Shown here piece by piece: positions 14,148-26,706 of a stretch of DNA of 64,000 nt; the stretch's first letter is position 1; every line of letters starts with the position of its first letter. The notes below the pieces were generated by a model, which was given only the letters and a program-made list of their open reading frames with translations, was not told where the DNA came from and did not search any database. The translations under genes were made by a program, and so were the position numbers. Source of the DNA: Eledone cirrhosa (taxonomy: Eukaryota). The stretch lies in the NCBI GenBank assembly GCA_964016885.1, contig OZ024756.1:22134001-22198000 (forward strand), written 5' to 3'.

Positions 14148-14983
14148 AAGATAATGATATTAAAGACAACACGAGTGCTATTATTCCCATGACAACAAAT
14201 TAAAATACATTACATCTATAGATAGAACACTTCCAGTAATGAATTCAAATCTCGTGGATATCGACATTCATTTTCATTGTTATGGTCTCAAGTTAAATAT
14301 TGAGATCGATATAACCGACTGTACTTATCTTCACAATCTTGTGACGTTGTGACTGACTTATAAATAGTATGCTATAATCATTGGCTCGTTTCTGATGTTT
14401 TACACACACATCCTACGTACACACAGACATATGATGGTATATATACATACACACACACACATATATATATATATATAGTCAAAACAACGAACAGCGGAGG
14501 ACACCTCTCGCACCTTTCCGACAGACAAACTCTCCCCCCCCCCGAAAAAAACCCCAGTTGGTGGATGTGGATCCGAAATATATAGGGACAATTAAATCTC
14601 TCCCAAGGTAACTCTCTCTCGTGTTGTTATTTTTATTTTTATCCTTTACGCTCTTTCCTTCATTCCTCTACACGTCTTATACACGCCACGCATCTCAACG
14701 TACACCCACTTACATCTCTCTCTCCACCACCGGATCTTGTTAACCAGAGATTTACCCATCTGCATTGTCGAGGCTTCCAAACGACTTAAAGAAATTTACC
14801 TTATTATTCCACACTGCTTCAAGCAAACTTCAATCTCCCTTATATATATATATATAATTAGAAAATGAGGTGTTTTTTTTTAAATGAAAAAAAAAAGATG
14901 TTCTACACGAGTGAAAGTATAAGAAAAAAAAAGATGAAATCGAAAATGCATCTGGAGTCTTTTTAAGAATATTTAATTGGTTC

Positions 14984-15018
14984 CTTTACCGGTTTCGCAG
15001 TCTTGCGCTTTTCAAAAG
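14984..15018 (-). ncRNA. Minimal hammerhead with U3-A8 core variant
   Basis: Minus strand: ctt-TTGAAAA-gcgcaagactgc-GAAA-ccgg-TA-aag, within a ~200-bp insert between (TA)n tracts. Confidence 0.6.
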
Positions 15019-15070
15019 TAGAATTGAGATGGAGGATTTGTGGTTTTTCTCGCATATATATATATATGCA

Positions 15071-15295
15071 TCCCGGGTTCAATCGGGGGTAATCAAAGTA
15101 AGTAAGGTACTTAATACATAGCAGAGTATAAATATTTAATATAGAAATGGCTTCTACGGGACTATAAATGTTTCATTCGGGAGAAATCACCAGGAAAGCT
15201 TCCCCGTAGAAGCCATTTCTATATCAAACATGATGTTTACCTTTTACTAATGTATTGAATACCTTACTTAGTGTGGTTACCCTCGATTGAACCCG
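15071..15295. mobile_element. Fold-back mini-element, family D (cccggg terminus)
   Basis: cccgggttcaatcgggggtaa... inverted against ...ttaccctcgattgaacccg. Minus strand of left arm: gctttc-CTGGTGA-tttctcccgaat-GAAA-c..g-TA-gaagc. Confidence 0.72.
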
Positions 15296-15300
15296 TGTCT

Positions 15301-15340
<40 letters not shown>

Positions 15341-15802
15341 CAAAATTAAATTAAAGGCGTCATGTCAGAGAGACATGAACCATGCTTATGTCCAAGTTTA
15401 GAATTTTACTGTTTTAATTAATAATTTACGTATTTTTCTTTTTTGTTTTGTATTTCTTCTCTTTCTCAACAACGCCACCCACTTGCCTTTCCTCCTTACC
15501 TTTCACGCTCCATCTACCCTTCATCACACTTTCTTACTACATCATCCCCACTCTCTTTCTTTCCCGCCCTCTCTCTATCCATGAAGCAGAGGTTGTTAAT
15601 TTAACGTACACTACATAATCTTATAATAACAATCTATCTGCCACACTCTTAAACTCATGTGAGTTGTTAGCAAGATATTATCTAACATTAAGTACATTAT
15701 AAGGATTAGATGATTGTGAACACTAGAAATCATAGACAATAACTGCGATTTATTGTAAGAAATTCATTCGAAAAATGTCTAATAATTAAACGAGCTTCAA
15801 AA

Positions 15803-16308
15803 TTTCTTTCTACTGTTGTCACAAGACCAACAATTACCTAGTACATTACTGGTACATTATTTTATCAACCCCGTAAGGATGAAAGGCAAAGTTAATCTCG
15901 GCGGGATTTGAACTGAGAATGGAAAGGGCCGTAACTCTATGCGTCAAGGCATGGCGTCCGACCCTCTCTCGATGCTGCCAATCCATCGCTTCAAAATTTA
16001 ATAGAATGGTGGTGGTGGGGGTGGTGGTGACGATAATGACGATGATGCTAATGCTAATGGTTTCTTATATAGGCCCAACGCCAGCAATTTTGGGGGAGGG
16101 GAAAGTCGATTAAATCGACCCCAGTGCGTTACTGGTCTTTTGTTTTATCCACCCCGGTGGGTTTTGAACTGTAATGGGCTGTAACGCTATGCTGCAAAAC
16201 ATGGTGCCCAACGCTCTACCGATACAGCCAATCCACCATCCTCATAATATTAATAATAATAATGACTTTTAGTAACAAGGCCAGCGATATTCGGGGAGGG
16301 GAAAGTCG
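15803..16308 (-). mobile_element. SINE copies
   Basis: 15803-15988, 16056-16242, plus a 3' fragment. Confidence 0.78.
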
Positions 16309-16329
16309 CAGAACGCATTGCATCCCAAA

Positions 16330-17330
16330 GCAAATGAAATATCGTTTGTACATGATTCATACGGTTTGAGGAAGTAAAAGGAGAGACAAGCCATTAAATG
16401 CCATCTGCTAAATTGTAATGACAATCTACAGTATGGCCGCCCAGCAGTATTGGGCTTAGCCGAAGGAAAAATGTAGCAAATGAGTACCGAAGAATTTAAG
16501 AGACACGACTCTGCTGAGAAAAGACTAACAGTAGTTGGAGCGATACTGTATGACGACATTGAACGACCAACATCGGATCTGGTGACTGAAATATCTTCAG
16601 ATTGACTTTCGGGTTGGAGATTAAAGTATCGCAGATCTCAGCCAAAGAGCAAGATAAATGGTGAAAGTGTAAAATGCTCTGTGTGTGGAATTAATACTGA
16701 TCTTTGATACATATAGTGAGCGCGTGCAAACTTACCTTAAAAAGTATATAAAAGAAGACATAAAATGTCAGACACCATGCTTTGGCGCATAGAGTTATAG
16801 CCCTTGACGTTCTGAGTTCAAATTACGCCGAAGTTAACTTTGCCTTTCATATTTATGGGGTCGATAAAATAAATCACCAGTAATGCACTGGGGGTAAATG
16901 TTGGCCTTGTGCCAAAAGTAGAAACAATTATATAATGTCTGCTTTTACCTTCACTGATCAATAGGCAACAAATATGGGCGTCTGATAGCGGAGAAGTGGT
17001 ATCAGCACAAAAATATGTGAATGGTGGCATAGACAAATAGAACATAATTTGGGGGTTTGATATACTTACAGAGCGAAGACGTGAACGCCTTCGAACCGAT
17101 ATTGAAGTTATAGTCAGAAATAGGCGTGATTGTTTCTAAGATACCACACCATAGTCTCGAAAAGTTACAAAATTCAGATCAAAATAACACAAATGCAGTC
17201 AAGATCACCTAAGAAAATTATGATAATTCCTGTTATCGTCAAGGTTTTGGGCCACGATACAGCTAAAACCGAAAGGGCGTTTTAAGCACATAGACGTCGA
17301 TTCACAAATTCAGCACAACACATACTCAGA
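16330..17330 (+). pseudogene. Decayed RLE-type (R4/Dong-like) non-LTR retrotransposon 3' part, interrupted by a SINE (16767-16930)
   Basis: Relics KCSVCG..HIVSAC (CCHC knuckle), EKWYQH, IWGFDILT..RTDI, IIPVIV. Confidence 0.6.
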
Positions 17331-17610
17331 AAATTACAGTCTTTTTGCTGTTTCCTTTTGAAACTGTACAGTTAGTAGGTGTCATATGAAGCCGACACGG
17401 ACATCAAGAAATATTGGTTAATTAGAGTTTCACTCTATACGCCTGAGACAGATATCTGAGGCAGGTGATAATGAAGATAAGTAAACAATATAATGGAACT
17501 TAATATTTAACAAAACATTGATAGAGATTATGACTTTTAGCACCAGGGAAAATTAGTTCGGTCAAAATTCAATTATATTTGATGGGGAAAGTTTGCCTGT
17601 AAATGTGTGC

Positions 17611-17719
<109 letters not shown>

Positions 17720-17819
17720 TATATGTATGTACATATGTATGTATATATGTGTGTGCAGGTGTGTGCATGTGTGTGTATGTGTGTGTATGTGTGTGTGTGT
17801 CTGGGTGTATGTGCGTGCG

Positions 17820-17844
<25 letters not shown>

Positions 17845-17850
<6 letters not shown>

Positions 17851-17924
17851 GTTTAAGCAAAGAATCGCTGCTTTCACCCTTAACGTTAAGGGTGAAAGCA
17901 GCGATTCTTTGCTTAAACTTTAAT
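17845..17924. repeat. Perfect 80-bp palindrome adjoining (TA)n
   Basis: attaaagtttaagcaaagaatcgctgctttcacccttaac|gttaagggtgaaagcagcgattctttgcttaaactttaat. Confidence 0.92.
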
Positions 17925-18029
17925 CTGTTATTTTAATAAATATTTGCTCTACGGTTCTCATATATTTGATATATATTTATCCTTATCGAGCGCTCTTTGG
18001 AATTTAGTCTTCAAATTTATTATTATTAC

Positions 18030-18061
<32 letters not shown>

Positions 18062-18615
18062 TATATAAGCACTGCTGTAATATCTATAGGAATTCTAATT
18101 GATATATTGATTTGGTCGGCAGGAATGGTATTGGCTGATGGTTGGCGCAGACTCTATTCTCGTACGACAGATATTATAAATGCACCTTTTAATGGCTGCA
18201 GAAAATATATGTGGTGTGTAGTGAAAGAAAATCAGTGGCTTGACTTTCAGATTAAGAAGGACAGGATTTAGATATTTGTGCGGGGCCTATGGGTGAGGTG
18301 AGGTGAGTAAGAACGAATGGATCAGATGTGCTTTAGAGAATGTGGCCTGAGAACATCCGGGACATGACCAGATGCCACTCTCATAGTGGGAAAAGATACC
18401 GAGACAGGATATAACTTAATTGTATCTCCGTGAAATACACTTTCTAACAGCCACCCTATATATGTAGATTTTCAATCTCCGTTATATACGCGAAGTTACT
18501 GTAGGTTCACCCATGTGAGCACTTGATGTTTAGGTGGTTCACGCCATCAGTATCGAGGTGTAGAGCTAGACAGAGTGTAATATACTAATGCTTTCTTTAT
18601 TAACCACATGGGTTG

Positions 18616-18895
18616 ATAATAATACAAGGACGAATGGTTACTCCTTCATACGTTTATTGGTTGGAGACGCGCGATTCGCTATTGATCAGCTTAAAGTTCC
18701 ACCTGTATCGATCTGGCCCAACTCTGGAATCAAAAGCTCGTCGGACCTCTGTAGAAGTAATGACTGTCATTACTAATACAGAGGTCCAACTAACTTTTGA
18801 TTCCAGAGTCAGGCCAGATCGAACCTTGAGTTGATCAATGGCGAAACACACATCACCAACCAATAAACCCAATAAAGGCGTGACCATTCGTCCTT

Positions 18896-18906
<11 letters not shown>
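18616..18906. mobile_element. Diverged fold-back element with decayed HHR in both arms
   Basis: Inverted arms centred ~18765. Left arm (-): ggt-CCGACGA-gc..gc-GAAT-cgcgcg-TC-tcc; right arm (+): ..gc-GAAA-cacaca-TC-acc. Confidence 0.68.
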
Positions 18907-18933
<27 letters not shown>

Positions 18934-20357
18934 GTAAATGAGTGACGAATAACGTGTTCGGCTGTTCAATAGGGTTTATTCAAAGTATTAACAATTGTTT
19001 CATTAGTCCGGTGTGTCTAAACATCGCTGATTGTCAGAAGCTACGTGACTCGATATGTGTGTATGTGTGCGTGTGCGTGTGCGTGTGCGTGTGCGTGTGC
19101 GTGTGCGTGTGTGTGTGCGCAAGCAACCTTCCTTGAGTAATAAATCTATAGCCATACATCAACAAACACAGATACACATATTCATATCTGTGTGAACGTA
19201 TATGTGCATACATTTATTTTGTATAAATATATATAAATTAGAATTGGCTTACAGGCTAAGAAGTGTCTGCCCTAGAAAATCTAGCCTTCCAGTAAAGAGA
19301 TATAAAAAAATCTATAAGCATTTCTATATATTTCCATGCCGTTGCCAAAGAACACACGGGGATATATCACAGTGTTTATTTGCATCCTGCAGAGGTCATA
19401 TTTCGGTAAAAAGTTGCGAATAGTAACCACTTAATTTCAAAGATTTTTTCATATCGGGAAACTGACAAATATTATTTCAATGCGAGTTTTGTAAACAGAT
19501 ATTCGATTTTGGCTACATTCATTTTAGGTTATTAGGTCAGTGGTAGGGATTGGCGAGCGATCCGATCCATAATTTGGATCAATTATATTACATTTCTACA
19601 TGTAAATACACACATTTATTTATCGATTCTGCTTTATGCCCCACACACCTTCCAAAACAATTTTCATTTTCCCCTGATGTATTTATTTATCATTTTGGAT
19701 CTCTTCACGTCGCCTACAATGTAAGGTCTGTTGAGCATATTATCCATATTCTATGCAGCGTCTAAACCTCGCTATAAGTAGCCATCCGGCCATTTGCTTC
19801 TAGCATTTTACTTCCAAAATATAAGACCCCTACACCACCCTTATATATAACATTTCTCTGTATAGATTGTCAGACAGAAACTAAAAGTCTTCTCTGGCTG
19901 AATTAGTTGTTCGTTTCGTCGAATCTCGGATTCCACTGAAGCAGGATATACAGAGTAAATACAAGTTTGTTACATGTGAGATTAATCCAGTCAGTAAAAG
20001 TAGTTATTGTATTTATATGAATAAATTCAGAACCTCAAATTAACATATATCTATTGACTTACATACATAAATATATACATGATACACAGTGGCCGCAACT
20101 CGATTACGAGTAATGGCAACGCTTGAAACTTAAGCATGTGCATCACGAAGGTGGCCTTTTAGTCCCGCTAGGGACTTTCCTATGGTCAGCAATACAATGC
20201 ATACAAAAACTCTCACATATCAAGTGATGCCTATGCTTGAAGCTTTTTTAAGTGAGGAAAGGCTTACATACATACATGATGACTGCCGCGTGTCCAAATA
20301 TCACCCTCCTCACCAATCATACATACATACAATCATACATATACATACATACACACA

Positions 20358-20970
20358 CATGGTGGCTGCCAACTCGTTTTCGAGTACGGCCACTACTTTA
20401 TATCCATGTAGGAGAACCCCTACCGATGCGTTGAACGAGTGTGACTTTTTAGTCCAGCCAGCGACTTGAAAACTCTGGTACAAACATTACACTTGTGACA
20501 ATTATTGACAGATAGTGCTGGGCCCATGGTACCATGTGACGAGAAGTGCAGAGAGATCTCCAGATATAAAGCAATGCCTGTGCCGTGAAGCTTTTATAGT
20601 GAGCAAAGGCACTGCACAAAGCCAGTCCCACTCTCTTAACCAAGATTATATTTACCAAAAAGAAGAACAAGTCAACATCATTGGATACCATCAGGGTTGC
20701 AGGTGTTATATCAGAGTTTTCCTTCTCCTAGAATTCTGCCTTGACAAAGGCTAAGGGGTCATCTCTCCCGGTGATTTTGGATGGCCATTGACTCTTAAGA
20801 GCTCCTTTGCCCTTTGACAGGTTTTGTTTTTAGTCCTGCAGGATGTCCAAAGTCACCCTCCTCACCAAGAAACCTTGGTGGGGTTGTCAGTTTAGTCGCC
20901 AACGATCCGACCATGAGACAGGTTGTACTGGGATACATGTTACCAGTAGCACCAACTGGTGACCTGACAT
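20358..20970 (-). mobile_element. RTE-derived non-autonomous ~610-bp element, copy 1
   Basis: Closely similar to 40982-41591 and 51114-51680. 3' end encodes CxxCTRVFKSLAGLKSH, then a ccgtactcgaaaacgagttggcagccacc tail into (atgt)n; internal ctaggagaaggaaaactctg motif recalled from RTE 5' UTRs. Confidence 0.82.
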
Positions 20971-21001
20971 ACACACACATACACACATACATACATACAT
21001 C

Positions 21002-21405
21002 AGATTTATGCCTGTGATTAGTGGGGCACTGGGATATGCTAGTAACTGCCTCAATACAAATCTTGAAAAGCTGAGCTTCACAGAAACAGAAAGAACACGA
21101 CTAGTTAGGAAATTACAAGTACAATCCATTAAAGAGAAAGTAAAAACATGTAAAACATTCCAAAAATTCTGCATCTAATAACTGCATATGTACTTGTACA
21201 GATACACATCATATGCACATGTACACATACAACTCAAAACATACACATCTACATATACAATAACATCCATACCTGCACACACATGCATACATATCTACCT
21301 AGTTGATGTTGTGTAAATTCAAATGAGAGAGTCTTGTAGCTATGTTAGAAACCGACTCTCTCTCTCTTGGTAAACATTTACGAAATTATAAAACCCGAAC
21401 ATTCA
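21002..21405 (+). pseudogene. RLE-type non-LTR retrotransposon extreme 3' end
   Basis: RFMPVISGALGY..LQVQSI..KTCKTF.. stop at ~21178, then a 3' UTR ending in (cata)n. Confidence 0.55.
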
Positions 21406-21614
21406 TACATACACATATATAAATATACGTAAATATATATACATATTTTTTAGACAGTGGGGTACAACTCCTTGTTTATACATATTTCAATGAAAACGTG
21501 CCACACTTTTCATATAACTTCCGGTATAATTTCATGATTTCCTATAAGTTCTTTTACATTTTGTTCGGTAGAATAAGGTCCAAATTCTATTATGATTTTA
21601 TTATTTCTATACAA

Positions 21615-22142
21615 TGGCAGTATCGGTAGAGGGTTGGACGTCATGCTTTCTAGCATAGTTACGTCCCTTTACGGTCTGAGTTTAAATCCCGGCGAGGTTA
21701 ACTTTGCCTTTCATCCTTACGGGGTCGATAAAATAAAGTACCAGTAATGTACTGGGTAATTGCTGGCCTTGTGCCTAAAGTAGAAACAATTATTTCTATA
21801 CAATGAGGGCGGTGGATTGGCAGTATCGGTAGATGGTTGGACATAGAGTTACCGCCCTTTATGATCTGAGTTCAAATCCCGCCGAGGTTAACTTTGCCTT
21901 TCATCCCTATGTGGTGGATAAAATAAAGTACCAGTCAGGCACTGGGGCCGATTTAATCGACTCTCCCCTTCCCCAAAATTGCTAGCCTTGTGCCTATATG
22001 AGAAACCATTGTCGAATGGCAATATCGGTAGAGCGTCGGCAACATGCTTTGCAGCATAGTGTTACGGCCCTTTATGATCTGAGTTCAAATCCCGCCGAGG
22101 TTAACTTTGTGCTGGCCTTGTGCCAAAAGTAGAAACAATTAT
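21615..22142 (+). mobile_element. Three head-to-tail SINE copies
   Basis: Consensus match; tatttctatacaatg duplicated at 21602 and 21791. Confidence 0.85.
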
Positions 22143-22836
22143 TTCTATATAATCATAATCAATTCATCTGGATGACGTCATGCGGACACATTGTGTTGCT
22201 GCTTTATAGTTGACAGAAGCAATAACATTGCTGTTCACATAATCGCAGGATTTAGAAATTTGGACATCATTGTTCGTTACATGTATGATATTTGTTCCAT
22301 TTATATCTGTCGCTCGCTATCAGAAATGCAATGAACCAGTGATTACTTCGCTGGATATTTTTATCTAACGATGCTACTGCTCGGCAAACGTGATATAAAA
22401 AAATATATTAAAAATATGTTAGTAAAAATTAAATAGCAATTTGTCCGATGCTTAACCTTTCTGTCATTCACACTGTCTTGTTGAAGAATTATATAACAAG
22501 AATGGAATTTCGATAAAACGAAAGCGAAAGAGATTACGTAGAAAGAGGTTTAAAGTTAAAAGTAGAGACAGACGAAGATAGTAAAATATATTTAAATAGA
22601 ATGAAAACAATGGCATTATTTTGTGTTTTATTATATAAGGAAATAAAAGACTTGAAAACAATATGGCGATGTTCTTGAAATTATAGAAGGGAAAAGTTTG
22701 AAAAGATGGCCGAACCACTGACAAATGGACAAAAGTAAACAACAATAGCTTAAAGGTTGAGTTACTGGCATTTCAGGATAATTGTCAATTTGAAAATATT
22801 TTTTCAACTATTTTATTTAAATAGATGATTAAAACG

Positions 22837-22870
<34 letters not shown>

Positions 22871-22899
22871 ATAATAATTATTATTATTTTACACACACA

Positions 22900-23022
<123 letters not shown>

Positions 23023-23172
23023 TTGTATATATACAAATAAGCAAAGCGAACTCTTATGTCTGTATGTGTGAGTATATATGGGTATGTATATATATATATA
23101 TATATGTATGTATAGTGTATGTATATATGCCTGTATTACATACATATGTATATATGTATGTATATATGTATG

Positions 23173-23231
<59 letters not shown>

Positions 23232-23234
<3 letters not shown>

Positions 23235-23357
23235 CGAAGTAGGTGTGGTAAGGAACCTTATGGACCATAACGCACCAGAGTATTCAATACTTAGGGTAGT
23301 AGAGTGGGTAATAGGAACATATTTAACGCCGACGGCAGAGCTCAAGCCATTTCGACG
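23232..23357 (-). mobile_element. Family B copy (minus strand)
   Basis: aacgaagtaggtgtggtaaggaacc..ggaccataacgcaccagag..cttagggtagtagagtgggtaatagg next to (TA)n. Confidence 0.7.
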
Positions 23358-23543
23358 GCGGTGGATTGGCAGTATCGGTAGAGGGTCGGACGCCATGCTT
23401 TGACGCAAAGAGTTACGTCCCTTTCCATTCTGACTTCAAATCCCGCCGTGGTTAACTTTGCCTTTCATCCTTACGGGGTCGATAAAATAAAGTACCAGTA
23501 ATACACTGGATAATTGCTGGCCTTGTGCCAAAAGTGGAAACAA
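23355..23543 (+). mobile_element. Full SINE copy
   Basis: Consensus match. Confidence 0.85.
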
Positions 23544-23926
23544 TATATTTATATATATATATATATATTGTGAATATTAGAAAGTTCATGATAATTGGAA
23601 TCATATCTATTCATAAAAGCCTAAAGTAAATCTAGAGTATTATGAATTATAGTAAATCTTAAAACCTATATTGTTTAAGTACTCATGTAACATTTTTTCC
23701 ACGTGAAACGTATTTAGCGCAAAATTCATGCAACCAGAAGATAGCATCTATGTTCATCTATGACTTATTTACGATCTTACTGTGTGGATGACTGTATGTG
23801 TGTGAGAATGTGACCATGCGTTTGTATGTGTTACTAAGATTGTTGTGTGTGTGTATGTGTATATATATAAATATATATAGAAATACATATACATAGAGAG
23901 AGAAATATATACATATATATATATAT

Positions 23927-24036
<110 letters not shown>

Positions 24037-24157
24037 ATATATATATAAATATATATAGAAATACATATACATAGAGAGAGAAATACATATATATATATAT
24101 TTCTCTGTTATTAATTCTGGCAATATTACACACATATGACCCTCCCCAAGTATAATA

Positions 24158-24287
<130 letters not shown>

Positions 24288-24319
24288 AGATCAAAAGATG
24301 GTTAAAGGAGTTCCATGTA

Positions 24320-24386
24320 TTTTATTATGCGCATTTCAAAAACAAACATCATCATGCAATAATATTTGTGTTTTCATCAGATAAAA
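24320..24386 (-). ncRNA. Type I hammerhead ribozyme in 3' pLTR (sense to the PLE)
   Basis: Reverse complement of 26977-27043. Confidence 0.88.
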
Positions 24387-24481
24387 CAGGAGAACATGAT
24401 ATGAAGGCTAAAAAACACTTGTGGATAGTGCAGTTTTAAATCAACATATGAAAAGTGGTTTTAGATTGATGTGTGATATTG

Positions 24482-24900
24482 GGAAAAATATTTTATTTAG
24501 AGAGGGGGGGGGGGGGTGGAAAGGATGAAAAAGGGGAGGAGATGAGAGGGAGAGATGGATGATAGAGAGAAAGAGATAGTTTTTATAACTGAGAGAAGAT
24601 ATATTGTTTTACATAGAGAGGTTGAAAACCGTTGGAAGATAATGTATAAATTAAAAGAATTTGAAAATTAACGAAGGGAAGATATGTACGAGGAAAAAAT
24701 ATTTTATTTAGGGAGGGGGTGGAAAGGATGAAAAAAGGGGGAGGAGATGAGAGTGAAGGTGGAGAGGGAGAGATGGGTGATAGAGAGAAAGAGATAGTTT
24801 TTATAACTGAGAAAAGATATATTGTTTTACATAGAGAGGTTGAGAACCGTTGGAAGATAATGTATAAATTAAAAGAATTTGAAAATTAACGAAGGGAATT
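24482..24900. repeat. Two ~205-bp direct repeats in the PLE 3' UTR
   Basis: gaaaaatattttatttag...ttaacgaaggga occurs at ~24483-24680 and ~24694-24898. Confidence 0.85.
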
Positions 24901-25419
24901 TATGTATGAAGATAGAGAGAAAAAATAATAATTGTGGATGAATATTCTAACGTCAAAAAAAGTGTATGTTGATAAGTATTGTGGCAATTTCAAAATTAAC
25001 GAAGAGAAAAAATTATTAAGGTTTGTGTGTAGAAGGATTTGAGAAAAATAATGTGAAGTTAAAGTTTGTATATTGAAGGAATTGATAATATGTGCGAATA
25101 AAGAGTTAATATGTATTAAGAATGAGTTCGTTGATGGGGAGAAAAAAATAATAAATTAAGGATGAAATTGAGATTAAAAAGTTTTATGATAGAGAGAAAA
25201 AATAATAATAATTGCGGATGAATATTCTAACGTCAAAAAAACAAATGTATATGTTATGAAGGATTTTACAAGGTGAAGATAGAAAGAGGGTAATGAGTAA
25301 ACAAGTATTATAGAGTGTATAATGCCCTTTGAAGTAAGGTAGGAAGATGGGTATATTTTAAAGAGGTGTATGTATATGTGCCTTTGAGAAAAGATTCTAA
25401 ATTGATAAAGAATTGAATA

Positions 25420-26706
25420 TTAACTGTATACTTTGTGAAAAGTCCTATGGAATTTATGCAGGCAGATAGAAAACAAATCTGTACGTCTATTTATTATAGA
25501 ATCTAGATTAGAGATAATGGTAAATTTTTCATTTAGGCAGAGATTACAGATTTTAGATAGAGAGCTGTTCAAGTATGAGGATGCAGAAGAAACCTTCTTC
25601 CAAAAGATGGTATATTTAATGTTTTTGTCTTTCAAGGACCATATGAGTTCTGAGAGAGCCGTGTTGGTTCTTTTAAGTTTGTATTTGAAAGATGAATGGT
25701 GATTATAGAGACGAGCTTTAAAAGAGGTGGAAGTGGAGCCAAAATAGGTGAAGGAATTGGTGCTAGTTATAACTTTACATTCATAAATTAAGTTTTTATC
25801 GAGACAATGGTTGTTGAGAGGACATTTATTTTTAATGCGGCAGTTACAATTAGAGAGATTATTAATGAGTGACCTAGTGTTATCTATAGAAGGAATTGGA
25901 TTGGAGAAGTTGTTTGCGATAGGAATAATAGGAATAATAGTTTCTTGATTTAGAGTTGGATTATGAACATTTAGCGAAGTTGTGTTTGACGTTGTATTTG
26001 GGTTTACAGAAGTTAGCCTAGGGTTTACAATGACGTCGGGAGTACTATTACTGTTATTATGAAATTCAATGTTGGAAAGAAGAGATTTAGTATTTAGTAT
26101 TTTATTGTTGTGTTTAGAGATGATGTTGGAAATATTGGAGGATGTAGAATAAGAACATTTGATGGTGTGTTTGTTAAATATTTTACTATAGATATGTGAG
26201 GGAGGGAAGCATTTATTTAAGGCACTAAAAAATAATTTAGGAATATTGTTATTAATAGAGATGGAGAAAGGAGCATTATACCAGATTATGTTTTTGTATC
26301 TAGGTCTTTTATTAAAATTATTGGAATGATCATGATTAATTATTCTACTGTAAGTTTTTCTAGAATTTGTTTCTTTACTATATTTGATTTTATCTGGATA
26401 GCCGGCTTTAGAAAGTGCGTTATTATAGTAATTGGCGTTAGCATCAAAGATGTTTTTATTAGAAGATATGTTAGATATTCTTTTTCCAATATTACTAACT
26501 ATAGCATTCTTGATATTGGTAGGATGGTTAGATTTAAAGTTAACATAATTTAGGTTCTCATTGTTTTTATGGTAAGGGTAATGTAGGCCAGTCTCAAGAT
26601 TAAGAGATACATCCAAGAAATTAGCTAGTTTGATACTATTATCAAATTCAATTTTTAGGTTATGTTGGTTAAAGAGATTACATATCTTCCCTTCGTTAAT
26701 TTTCAA
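25420..26706 (-). CDS. PLE polyprotein C-terminal part: RT end/thumb + Cys linker + GIY-YIG endonuclease (N-terminally truncated)
   Basis: Motifs ANFLDVSLNL, YVNFKSNHP, IIWYNAPFS, KIFNKHTIKCSYS, CNCRIKNKCPLNNHC, LIY...YFGST..FKARLYNH, CNLCLNEK, final CLH. The apparent TTG start lies in the inverted pLTR, so it is not the native start. Confidence 0.92.
   Translation of the reverse strand: MKINEGKICNLFNQHNLKIEFDNSIKLANFLDVSLNLETGLHYPYHKNNENLNYVNFKSNHPTNIKNAIVSNIGKRISNISSNKNIFDANANYYNNALSKAGYPDKIKYSKETNSRKTYSRIINHDHSNNFNKRPRYKNIIWYNAPFSISINNNIPKLFFSALNKCFPPSHIYSKIFNKHTIKCSYSTSSNISNIISKHNNKILNTKSLLSNIEFHNNSNSTPDVIVNPRLTSVNPNTTSNTTSLNVHNPTLNQETIIPIIPIANNFSNPIPSIDNTRSLINNLSNCNCRIKNKCPLNNHCLDKNLIYECKVITSTNSFTYFGSTSTSFKARLYNHHSSFKYKLKRTNTALSELIWSLKDKNIKYTIFWKKVSSASSYLNSSLSKICNLCLNEKFTIISNLDSIINRRTDLFSICLHKFHRTFHKVYS

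Noticed and set aside
19550-19870. Possible L1/Tx1 ORF2 relic (KGGVG.. on the minus strand)
   Set aside because: Single weak motif with multiple stops.
20182-21174. Overlapping ORFs repeated at 20.4-21.0, 41.0-41.7 and 50.9-51.6 kb as a multi-copy gene family
   Set aside because: Chance frames within the three copies of the RTE-derived repeat.
24690-25419. Selenoprotein/SECIS signal in the Naiad-like PLE
   Set aside because: No in-frame TGA in the retained ORF and no SECIS recognisable by eye.
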